64,000 nt of DNA from NCBI RefSeq assembly GCF_035594765.1, contig NC_085841.1, positions 98,317,574 through 98,381,573 of the forward strand, read 5' to 3'. The DNA is from Anolis carolinensis (Eukaryota). Every line of letters starts with the position of its first letter. The stretch's first letter is position 1. The notes below the pieces were generated by a model. The model worked only from the letters and a program-made list of their open reading frames with translations, searched no databases and was not told the DNA's origin. Position numbers and translations under genes: made by a program. Positions 24,903-34,851 of the stretch are shown in pieces.

Positions 24903-25274
24903 ATTGGGTTGCTGTGAAGTTTCCTGTCTGGAAATTCCAGACAATCAGAGCCAGCTAACACCTCTGAACAAGGATTCCCCCAGGAAGGCAGCAGCCAGGC
25001 TTTGAAGCTGTAAGGCCATTCAATGCTAATCAAGGTGGACAATTGCAACCTTCACACTTGTCTCAAACAGACAAGACTTCTTTCTCCCACCCTGGACATT
25101 TCACAGATATATAAACCTCACTTGATTAGTTTCCAACAGACCTCACAACCTCTGAGGATGCTTGCCATAGATGTTGGTGAAACATCAGGAAAGACTACTT
25201 CTGTAATATGGCCATGCAGTTTGGAAAACTCATAGCAACCCAGTGATTCCGGCTATGAAAGCCTTTGACAAGAC
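24903..25274 (+). mobile_element. Penelope-like element 3'/pLTR fragment with degenerate hammerhead
   Basis: CTGAGGA...GAAAC core at 25152-25183. Short inverted copy of the terminus at 24903-24925. Homologous to 6023-6238. Confidence 0.8.
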
Positions 25275-26936
25275 GGATAATGTTTACAAAGATAACTGGA
25301 ATTTCTAGAGGTATAAAATGGTTCAGAAATTATTTTTGTCCTTAAGTGAAACGGCCTTGCCAGGAACCTTCCACAATTACTTCAGCCAACAAAGAGGATG
25401 TTAAATTCCAGCCTTCATTTATTTTCTTTAGTAGCTATGGGCTGCATTACATCTGAGACTCTATGATTCCCTTTTCTGTAATTTTCCTGGTGGCATCAAA
25501 TACCAATTGATCCCAGTGACAGCTGTACAAATACAGAGGGAGCAAAGAGGGCTAATTATTACTTTCAACATAAATATAGGAAATTTATTGAATTTAGGTA
25601 TTATCATGATGCGTTTTGATTTTTTCTCTCAAGCCAACTATTTTGCTTGCTTAATGGAACAATTTGTCCTTTCAAAATTAGTGCACTGTGCAGTAGTTTT
25701 CCTTATAAGAATAATATCTGGATAACAATCACAACTGGACCTGTATAATGGTTGCTTCTGTCCTAAACGCTTATGAACTTGATTGGATTCTCTCTGTGTG
25801 TCTCTCTCTTTTGGTCTCCTGCCTGCAAAGCTTTAAGCTGTTGCTGCTGTTGCTGTTGCAGCTGTGTTGTGCCTTGTGGGGCGGATGTGTGACACAGTAT
25901 GAAGGTCAGCACAATGCTGGGAAAGCAGAAGACAAGCCAACGGGACTGTAAAGTTCCCCCTTTCTGCACAGCAGGAGCTCTCTCAATTTATTGCAGCAGA
26001 GAGAAAATTATTTCACACACACACACACAAAACACACACCCAAGAGTGCAGCTGATCACAACTCAACCATTGTTCTCTTAGGCCAGACTGCCCTCTTTCC
26101 TTTTGTGTGCATCTTTTCCAATGATTCTATAGAAGATATTAGACCATGAATGGACAGCAACCTAGGTCACCTTCAAGGAAGACATGCATCAAGTTGTGCA
26201 TATTTTAAGGCATGTTGATTCCACCCCTACCCCCTGTAAAACGGAAGATGAAGCAGAGGAACTTGGTGTCAAGGCAAGGCAATATACTTATTTGCTCCCA
26301 CAGATTGCAGAGTTCTCAGGACAGCTAAGGTTAAAAGCCTAACCAGAGTCTGGAAAAGTTACTTACGGGAATGACAACTTCCCAAATCCTTCAGAATTTG
26401 AGAGATTCTGGAAATTACAGTCTAAAAGACTGGAGAGTAGCAGTTTCCCATGGCACCACCCATTTTACATGGTGCAAAAGCTTGCAGTTCTGTAGCTCCT
26501 CTTTCCCAAGTGTTTTCAGTGTTGTAGGTAGCAGTAAAGTGGAAAATATGGCTTGATTTCTGAATTGACATTTACACTGACGTTGTCAAATAAAGATTTT
26601 ATGACATCCTACCACATGGGCCCATTCGACTCATGTGCCTGGGCCTTTTTTTTTTTCTTTGGCCATGGGCATTGACTCAAGGTCTTTCAAGTTAACTAGA
26701 GCAAAAATATGATAATCAAGTCTGACTGCTTCCTTGTTGGCATAGAATTTGTTCCACTTTAGATAAAACTCTCCAATTGTCCACTGACCTGTAAGTCAGC
26801 AACATTTCACACTTCCATCACTAAATAATTACCATCTGATTAAGATAACACTTGAAAGGAAACTTGATCTTCCAGAGACATCAACACGTGATTCTTTTTC
26901 ACTTCTATGTGGCCTTCTAGACATCTTTGACTCTTA

Positions 26937-27086
26937 GAGCCCTTCCTCACAGTCATATTACCCAGAATATTAAGACAGAAAATCCCACAATATCTGCTTT
27001 GAACTGGGTTATCTGAGACCACATGGTCATATATTCCAGTTCATAGCAGATAATGTGGGATTTTATTCAGCTGTGTGGAAGGGGCC
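26937..27086. mobile_element. Harbinger-like MITE
   Basis: GAGCCCTTCCTCACAG...CTGTGTGGAAGGGGCC TIRs. Same family as 37184-37333. Confidence 0.8.
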
Positions 27087-28566
27087 TTGTTTTCATGTAA
27101 AAATGGTTGTGACCATGGTGCCAGTTGTGTATATACTTATGTGGAGAAATCTTGCTCTTGCTCCCCAGTAAAAAAGAGGAATATGTTTTGACTCACACTT
27201 AAGATCCTTTAACCAAACCAGAAAACACTTGCTATTTCACCAGCATGTCTGGCCTAATTTCTAGCCATATTTTATAGACTTGTACAATATCTCCTGATAA
27301 ACATCTGAAATCTTTGGAGCCTTACCTGAGAGCTATGATTAATCAGATAGGAGATCTCATGGTATTTGATTGCATATGCACCCCCACTCCACCCCTGCTA
27401 AATAGAGGAAATTAATTCTTAATTAAATAAGAAGCACTCCCTCAGGACATTAAAGCAATCAAGACAGGTTAGGATACATTGCCTGTTGCCAGAGAGGAAA
27501 TGTGTACACTCAGCATAGGAATGCAGTCCAAGATTTTCTGGCTCAGAGATCCTGTTGCAGGGGAATCTAAAAACAAGGTCTACAGTTACATGTTTTTTAG
27601 GTAAAGTCATTATGGAATAACTCTAATCATCTTAGAAACTGAAATCATGTGTTCTGTTAATTAGAATAATTTGTAAATAGATATTCATTTTTCAATAAAT
27701 AACTTAGAGGGGAAAAATGAAGAGGAAATTAGTGTAATTCATAGTTTTTGCAATGATCTTTGCCCCAACTATTTCCTGACATAATCTGTGACTATGGCTA
27801 GAATCCAAAAGGGTGGTTCTGCCCTCTCTATATCCTAAACCTGGCTATAGAGATCTGGGAAACTTTCAGATTTACCTTTCTAGAAATTTCCATCATGTCA
27901 AGCACTGATGTGATGATGGTTCTTGTATACTGTATGAAAGCTTCTTTATATGAGAATCTTCATTATAGTATGAAAGCAAATAAATAGAGGGAGAGCACAG
28001 AAGTATGGATAAAGCAGATGATTGCATTGGAAAATTGACTACATAATTCAGTTTCTCTAATCCAAAGGTTCCCAACCTTTTTTTGACCAGGGACCACTTT
28101 GACCACAGGCCACTTGGCCAGGGACCGATTGACCAGGGACCACTTTGACCAGGAACCACTCTCCAACATTAGTACCGAAACGGTTACAAATAAGTTTTTA
28201 GTCAATTTTAGATTCAATTTGGTTATTTGGGGTGCTAATTCAGAAAATTACGTTGGATAGACCACATCAGCTCTAGTTTCTGATACAGGACATATGCCAT
28301 CCAATAGTCGCCATCTGCTCACCCACAGAAAACCATATTTAATCATCTAGAGTTTATATTTAATAATTTTTATTAGATTTTGAAAATAACAATAAAATGG
28401 ATTAGGAAAGTGTGTGGGGGGGGAAAGAATGGGGGGTAGGGAGGGGGGTGGTAGAAGGTGAGGGGAAGGTTAAACGGGGACGTAAAGGGAAAAGTACATT
28501 GGGGTGCAAGGGGGGGATTGACTTCCAGCTGACTTCAAACATTATTCTTCTTATACCACATCATAT

Positions 28567-31500
28567 TCATTTTCTTGACTTCAAGTAATCCTCGAAGCAT
28601 GACCAGTCTGTTGCCTTTGTTAACTTCCCATTGCTTCTTCTGATCACCAGAGTTAAGTAGTCCATATCCTTTATGTCCAACACTTTGTCTATCCAAGATT
28701 CTTTAGAAGGGGCTTTATCGGATTTCCATTCTTTTGCTAGCACCATTCTGGCTGCCGTAATAAAAAAGGTAAACAATTTGTCTGTGTTATTATTGATTTT
28801 AGTCTGAGGGTCATAAAGCCCTAACAGGAGAAGCTCTGCCTTAAATTCAAAGTTAGTTTTTAAAATTATATTACATTCCCCTAAAATGTTCGCCCAGAAT
28901 TTTTGTATTTTTCTACAGCTCCACCACATATGGTGGTAGGAGCCTGTTTGATCTTTACATCTCCAACACTTATTACTGACGTTCCTATACATAAAGCCTA
29001 ATTTTTTTGGGGTCAAATACCACTTGTGAATAACTTTTAACCAATTTTCTTTCATGTCTGTTGAATAAGTAAATTTCATTTTCCTTCTCCAAATCGATTC
29101 CCATTCGTGCTGGTATATTGGTCTGCCTATGTTTTGAGCCCACTGGATCATAGAGCTGGTTATTTCTTCTGTTTCAGTGGCCCACGTTAATAATTTCTTA
29201 TATAGTATTGAGATATTCTTCTTGTCTATTTGAAGAAACTTGTCCCAAAAGTTCGGGTCAGTATCAAAACCTGTCGTTCTATCTACTTTAAATGCCTCTT
29301 TGATTTGCAAAAATTGGTACCACGAGACATTTTTATATGTAGATTGGATCTCTGTTAAATCCCTCAATTGGGGGTTGTCTTTGGCATTTGGTATAATACT
29401 TAAGATTTCTTTATAGGTGGGCCAGTTGGTCCATCCCAAAAGCCTTCTATGATGTGCTTCTACTGGAGAGAGCCAGAGAGGTGTTTTTGTGTGGAAGCGG
29501 TTTTTGTATTTATCCCAGGTTCTAAATAGTGTAGATCTTATAAAATGATTCCCAAAATTTTTTTCAACTTTTATTTTGTCATACCATAGATAACTGTGCC
29601 AGCCCCTTCTCAGGTCATGTCCTTCCAGAGTCAGAATTTTAATTTTCTCTAATTTGATCCAATCTTTTACCCAATGAAGCGCACAGGCTTCATGGTATAA
29701 TTTTAAATCTGGAAGGCCAAAACCCCCTTGCGAATTAGGTAATATCATAGTCGAATATTTTATCCTCGGCCTCTTTTTCCCCCATATGAATTTTGTAATC
29801 TCCTTTTGCCAGCCCTTAAAAATTGTTGCCTTCCTAATAATCGGGATATTTTGGAACAGATATATTAATTTGGGGAGGATGTTCATTTTTATAATCGCTA
29901 TTCTACCCATCAGCGAGAGTTTTTTTAGATTTCCCCATTTCCCTAAGTCTTGCATGATTTCCTTCCATTTTGTTATATAATTTAAATGCAATAATTGATT
30001 ATTCTTTGCGGAGAGCCAAATTCCCAGATATTTGATCTTTGACGGCGTTTCAAGACCTGAAATGGCTCTTAGCACATCTTGATTTTCTTTTGATATGTTT
30101 TTCGTAAGAATCACCGTTTTATTTTTGTTTATTCTGAAACCCGCCACTGCCCCAAACTCCTCAATTTTCCTGAGCCAATTTTTAATATTTTGTCTCGGAC
30201 TATCTACAATACATATTAGGTCATCCGCGAAAGCTCGATATTTATAATTCTGCCTGTCAATCCTAATCCCTTGGAGATTGTCATCTTTTTTAATTGCTTT
30301 TAGCAAAATTTCCAGAGCCATGATGAAAATTAAGGGTGACAGGGGGCAGCCCTGTCTAGTACCCTTGCTAATTGTAATTCTCCCCGTCTCTTGCCCATTA
30401 ATTTGAATTTTAGCCCATTGATCATTATAAATGCTTTCAATTCCATTTTGAAAATAATATCCCATATCTAATTCCCGAATTACCAATTTAAAAAAGTCCC
30501 AATTAAGATTGTCGAAGGCCTTCTCCGCGTCCAATGAGAGAAGGCCCACCTCTTTCTGGCTGTTTTGTTCGTAATATTCAATTGAATCGATAATGACCCT
30601 AACATTGTCCTTTATATTCCTACAGGGAAGAAAACCAGTTTGTTCTTCTCCTATCCATCCTTCTAAAAAGTCTTTTAATCTGTTGGCCATGATTTTCGCA
30701 AAAATTTTGTAATCATTGTTCAATAAAGAGATGGGTCTGAAATTTTTCACCTCCGTTTGATCTGATCCTTCTTTTGGGATCATTATAATTGTTGCTTCCT
30801 TCCAAGAGTCAGGGATAATCTTGTTATGGAGGGCTTGGTTCATTATTATTTTCAACGAATGGATCACTTCCTCTTGTTGTAACTTGTAAAATTCTGATAT
30901 AAAGCCGTCTGGCCCTGGAGCTTTGTTGTTAACCAATTTCTTAATAACCTCAATTATTTCCGTCTCTGAGATGTCTCTGTTCAAATATAATCTTTGTTCG
31001 TCTGTGATTTTGTCTAATTTTTGGTTCCCTAGATATTCCGTTATGTTCCCTACTTCTATTGAGTCTTTGGTATATAATTTCCCATAGAAAATTTTGAACT
31101 CTTCTCTAATTTGTTCGTCTGACAGGATAACCCTATCATGTGCTTTAATTTTAGTGATCTGCTGGCTATATTTCTTTTTCCTCACTAATCTTGCTAACCA
31201 CTTCCCCGGTTTGTTTGCGTTCTCAAAATTGTTTTGTTTAATCCATCTCATCTGCCTAGCCAGCTTATCCAACTCCCAGCTTTTTTTCTGTCTCACTAGC
31301 AACTCTAAGCCTCTTTTAGTTTTTAGATTTTTAGGGTTGGCTTTTAATTCTTTTTCTTTTGTCTCTATATCTTTAATTAACTTATTCCAGAGTGCTTCCT
31401 TCTGTTTCCTCTTTTCTGCTTTTAGTTTTATCAAAAAACCTCTTGCCACCGCTTTATAAGCATCCCAAACTATTTGTGGTTTCATCCCAACGGTATTGTT

Positions 31501-32322
31501 AAGTTTAAAGTATTCCTTGGTCATGGCCTTAATTTTGATAATATCCTCTTCTTGCTTTATGAGGTTTCCATCTAGTCTCCACTTCCTAGTCGTATATCTC
31601 CTATTAATTTCTAAGATTAGAGGGCAGTGGTCAGATAAGTCTCTGGCGAGAATTTGGATCTTATTTATCTTTACTAAAATTGATCTAGAACACCAGATCA
31701 TGTCTATTCTAGACCACGCCTGGTGTCTACTAGAATAATACGTGTAATCTTTTACATCACGATTGTATTCTCTCCACGAGTCTACCAGATCATACTCCTC
31801 CATCAGCGCCAGAAAGTTTTTTGGTAGAGAACTAGCTGCTTTGCTGTTCTTTGTCTTAAAAGTTTTATCCATCATCTTGTCCACCACCCCATTAAAGTCA
31901 CCAAATAATATTAGGTGATCAAACTCCGTTTTGTTAATGTTGTCTTTTAAACCTTTGATGAATTTGAATTTCGGCCCGTTGGGGGCATAAATATTAACAA
32001 CTAGGGTTTTTTCCCCCTCTGTATCTAACCTGGCTGCAATTACCCTGCCCTCTTTATCTTTGAACTGTTCTTCTGCTTTAATATTACAGTCTATATATAA
32101 CGCTACCCCTCTTTTTTTCTGTACATCCGCTGATACAAAGACCTTCCCCAACTGAGTGTTTTCCAAATATTTTGTATGATTTTGGTCAATATGCGTCTCC
32201 TGCAGGGCTATGACACTGTATTTCCCTTTCCGTAATTTGTTAAATAAACTTTTTCGTTTACTGGGTGAGTTCAGCCCGTTCACATTACTGGAATAACAAG
32301 AAAGACTAACTTTACTCATCAT
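28567..32322 (-). CDS. L1 ORF2p: APE endonuclease, reverse transcriptase and C-terminal CCHC (about 1251 aa from the ATG at 32322)
   Basis: Uninterrupted ORF with NVNGLN, QETH, GDFN, SRID, SDH (EN); KAPGPDG, RPISLLN, DAEKAFD, QGCPLSP, FADD, KYLG (RT); CWRC...HMWWSC. The start could instead be 32319 or the track's 32373. Confidence 0.95.
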   Translation of the reverse strand: MMSKVSLSCYSSNVNGLNSPSKRKSLFNKLRKGKYSVIALQETHIDQNHTKYLENTQLGKVFVSADVQKKRGVALYIDCNIKAEEQFKDKEGRVIAARLDTEGEKTLVVNIYAPNGPKFKFIKGLKDNINKTEFDHLILFGDFNGVVDKMMDKTFKTKNSKAASSLPKNFLALMEEYDLVDSWREYNRDVKDYTYYSSRHQAWSRIDMIWCSRSILVKINKIQILARDLSDHCPLILEINRRYTTRKWRLDGNLIKQEEDIIKIKAMTKEYFKLNNTVGMKPQIVWDAYKAVARGFLIKLKAEKRKQKEALWNKLIKDIETKEKELKANPKNLKTKRGLELLVRQKKSWELDKLARQMRWIKQNNFENANKPGKWLARLVRKKKYSQQITKIKAHDRVILSDEQIREEFKIFYGKLYTKDSIEVGNITEYLGNQKLDKITDEQRLYLNRDISETEIIEVIKKLVNNKAPGPDGFISEFYKLQQEEVIHSLKIIMNQALHNKIIPDSWKEATIIMIPKEGSDQTEVKNFRPISLLNNDYKIFAKIMANRLKDFLEGWIGEEQTGFLPCRNIKDNVRVIIDSIEYYEQNSQKEVGLLSLDAEKAFDNLNWDFFKLVIRELDMGYYFQNGIESIYNDQWAKIQINGQETGRITISKGTRQGCPLSPLIFIMALEILLKAIKKDDNLQGIRIDRQNYKYRAFADDLICIVDSPRQNIKNWLRKIEEFGAVAGFRINKNKTVILTKNISKENQDVLRAISGLETPSKIKYLGIWLSAKNNQLLHLNYITKWKEIMQDLGKWGNLKKLSLMGRIAIIKMNILPKLIYLFQNIPIIRKATIFKGWQKEITKFIWGKKRPRIKYSTMILPNSQGGFGLPDLKLYHEACALHWVKDWIKLEKIKILTLEGHDLRRGWHSYLWYDKIKVEKNFGNHFIRSTLFRTWDKYKNRFHTKTPLWLSPVEAHHRRLLGWTNWPTYKEILSIIPNAKDNPQLRDLTEIQSTYKNVSWYQFLQIKEAFKVDRTTGFDTDPNFWDKFLQIDKKNISILYKKLLTWATETEEITSSMIQWAQNIGRPIYQHEWESIWRRKMKFTYSTDMKENWLKVIHKWYLTPKKLGFMYRNVSNKCWRCKDQTGSYHHMWWSCRKIQKFWANILGECNIILKTNFEFKAELLLLGLYDPQTKINNNTDKLFTFFITAARMVLAKEWKSDKAPSKESWIDKVLDIKDMDYLTLVIRRSNGKLTKATDWSCFEDYLKSRK

Positions 32323-33388
32323 TGGGGTTGTCTGCGACGTCTTCCAGGGCCCTTCCAACCTCCAAGTCTTCATTGTCTTGATCCGTAGCCATTTCCAGCT
32401 GGGCTATTACTGATTCCTCGCTTCTCGGAGAAAAGAATCTTCTTTTCTTTGATGAGGTGGGGTATTTCCCCGACTCTATTTGTGGGGTTTGTTTACCAGG
32501 GATCATGTCTCCCTTCAGAGTTTTATAAAATTCCTTCGCCTCTTCTTCTGTAGATATCCATATCTTTTCCTCTTTGTATGTTGCCATCAAACCCTCGAAT
32601 TTGTCCCATCTGTATCTTATTTGCATCGACTTTAACACATCCGTCAGGAAGTAATATTTTTTCCTTCTATTCATAATAGATTTTGGGATTTCTTTCAAAA
32701 CCACTAATCTCCTATCCTTATATGTCACTGGGTTAGTGACACTTCTCCTCAGGACTTCGTCCCTTGTACTTTTCTTTAAGAAGTGTACTACCACATCTTT
32801 AATTGCTCTATTTTTTTTTGTATAGTTAGTTTGGATTCTGTAGACCCGGTCTATTTGTCCACATGCTTCCTGTTCAGTGCAGTTCAGCAGCTTTGCCGTT
32901 AGCTGGGTTATCACCCACCCAGTATTTTCATTCACCTCCTCCTGGACGTTCCTGTATTTCAGTTGGTATTCTAGCTCCCGAAACTCCATTTTTTCTTGAA
33001 TTTTCTCTAACTTCTTATTTTTCTCCTCTAGATTGTCAATTTTGTTATGTAATTTTGTTTGGATTTTGTCAATTTTCCTATTTTCCAATCTCAAATCATT
33101 TATATCATTTGAATTTTTCAAGGATACTTTTTTCATTGATCCAATCTCCTCTCTCAGTTCTCTTTTCATTTCAGACATTTCCTCTTGAAGTGTCCTGTTT
33201 TGCTGTTCTTGTTTCCTGGCCATAGCTTGTACTTCTCTTTGAAGTAAATCCTGCTTTTCAGAAATTTTCTGTACCTCCCGTAAAATATCCTTCATATATC
33301 CTTCGTCCGGTAAAGATCCTCTACGAGTGTTCGGGATGATTTTCATATCCTTGACTTCTTTCTCCGATTTCCATTTTGACATCGCCAT
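32312..33388 (-). CDS. L1 ORF1p RNA-binding protein (coiled coil, RRM, CTD)
   Basis: 358-aa open ORF directly upstream of ORF2. Heptad-rich N-terminal half, then LKYRNVQE, IDRVYRI, DVVVHF and RRKKY motifs typical of vertebrate L1 ORF1. Confidence 0.92.
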   Translation of the reverse strand: MAMSKWKSEKEVKDMKIIPNTRRGSLPDEGYMKDILREVQKISEKQDLLQREVQAMARKQEQQNRTLQEEMSEMKRELREEIGSMKKVSLKNSNDINDLRLENRKIDKIQTKLHNKIDNLEEKNKKLEKIQEKMEFRELEYQLKYRNVQEEVNENTGWVITQLTAKLLNCTEQEACGQIDRVYRIQTNYTKKNRAIKDVVVHFLKKSTRDEVLRRSVTNPVTYKDRRLVVLKEIPKSIMNRRKKYYFLTDVLKSMQIRYRWDKFEGLMATYKEEKIWISTEEEAKEFYKTLKGDMIPGKQTPQIESGKYPTSSKKRRFFSPRSEESVIAQLEMATDQDNEDLEVGRALEDVADNPNDE

Positions 33389-34851
33389 CTTATCAGTTTG
33401 TCAGCGAAGTCAGCGAAGTCCAGTGAGCAGTCAAAATCTCCTGTCTGAGTTGGTGTGTTGGCTGTGGTTGTTAATTTTAGTCTTAGCTGCTGTTCTGCCT
33501 AAGTGTAGTAGTTGTGACGGGTGGGTTTGACTGAGCCTCAACCTTATATCTCCTTCAATCCCCCCACCAGCCCCTCGGTTCCCTTTGGGAGATGCTGGGG
33601 GTTAGAGGGGTGTCGACTGGCGTTTTATTTCCTTTTTGGATTTGATATGAAATTAATATTCCCTATGCTCCTTTGGACACAATGTAAAAGGAGTCTTGAG
33701 TCCGGACACTGCGTAACCTTCTCTGTCCGCGGCTCCTATGGGTTACAGCAGAAAATCATTCATACAAATCCTTAGCAATTGATACCAGGGCTTTCCAGTG
33801 ATTCCCATGAGATTAGTTCCAATTAAGTTCATTTAGTACATTGCACACATCCCGTCGAATCACCGCCTTTGAGTTCATTTAATTTAATTCAGTTAATACC
33901 CTAGCCTGCCTTGGCCTAATACCGCCGGGGTGGGACTCTTCGGGTTCAATTCAGATTAACAATACTCTAGGGGTTACGCTTTGCCTTCTCCGCAACCGTC
34001 TAGTTTGTTTGTTTCCTTACCCCTTGCTTGGTGTTGCCGCCCGCGGTGTTCTTTTAGGCTGATACGATGTTCTATTAGGATAACAGCACTCTTTCCTTTC
34101 CTTTCGCTGGCTCCTCCTTAGACTGTCCTCCGGCAGCTGCTGCCAGGTTGTGTGTTACTGAATTACTTCCCTCCACAAAGCAGCGCCCTTCCCTGGCGTT
34201 CCCAGCGCGAACCTTTCTCCCTCTTCCGGTCTCTGTTAGCTCCGCCTGCCGGGGCTCTTCCTTCACAGATTGTTTACAAGAAGCGGCTCGTAGACATAAC
34301 AATCCCCACCAGCATGGCGGCCAAGGTCAGCAAATCACAATCCTTGTTATGCTCTCTACTTATTTGTATGTTGGGTATCGTTATTCAGCTTAATCCTTAC
34401 TCCGCTTCTTCCGTGTGACCTGCGTCTTTGCCGCACCTTCTAGGTGTCGCTAGCGGAGGTTTATCTTAAACTACAAGTACTTAGACTACTTGGTCCTCTA
34501 CTGGCATGGAAGAGAAGCAATCTCGATCCCGGATTACTATTCCAGCGGGGGGTGGTCACCTACCTCCCTCTTCTTAATTCTGTCCATCTTGGCTGGTGCG
34601 AGTGGCTGGCAGTAGATGCGAGTCTAGCTCGCTTCCCGCGGGGCGATCCGCCGGCCGCCGCTTTCGGACCCACTCGATCCTCGCCCTTGAGGGGCAAAGC
34701 TCTTTGGGGCCTTCGAAAGTCAAGCGGTGTTGGCGTCTCCCCCCAACTCGATCAGTGGGGGTGAGAGGGAGCTGACACTCTACCAGATCCTCCCCTCGCG
34801 GTTGGATCGCCAAGAGCCCTTAGCGAACCCGACCTGTCGCCATGCTCGCGC
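33389..34851 (-). promoter_or_regulatory. L1 5' UTR and internal CpG-rich promoter
   Basis: About 1.46 kb with abundant undecayed CpG against the depleted flanks. YY1-like AGCATGGCG near the 5' end and AAGATGGCG at the ORF1 start. Confidence 0.7.

Larger units (their letters stand above)
28358..34851 (-). mobile_element. Full-length L1 retrotransposon (about 6.5 kb) with both ORFs intact
   Basis: Perfect 14-bp TSD CATCTAGAGTTTAT at 28344-28357 and 34852-34865. CpG-rich 5' UTR, ORF1, ORF2, short 3' UTR with AATAAA. Confidence 0.97.

Noticed and set aside
34148-34813. ORFs in the L1 5' UTR as an ORF0 equivalent
   Set aside because: Mostly non-ATG starts, lengths expected by chance in GC-rich DNA, and no recognisable motifs.
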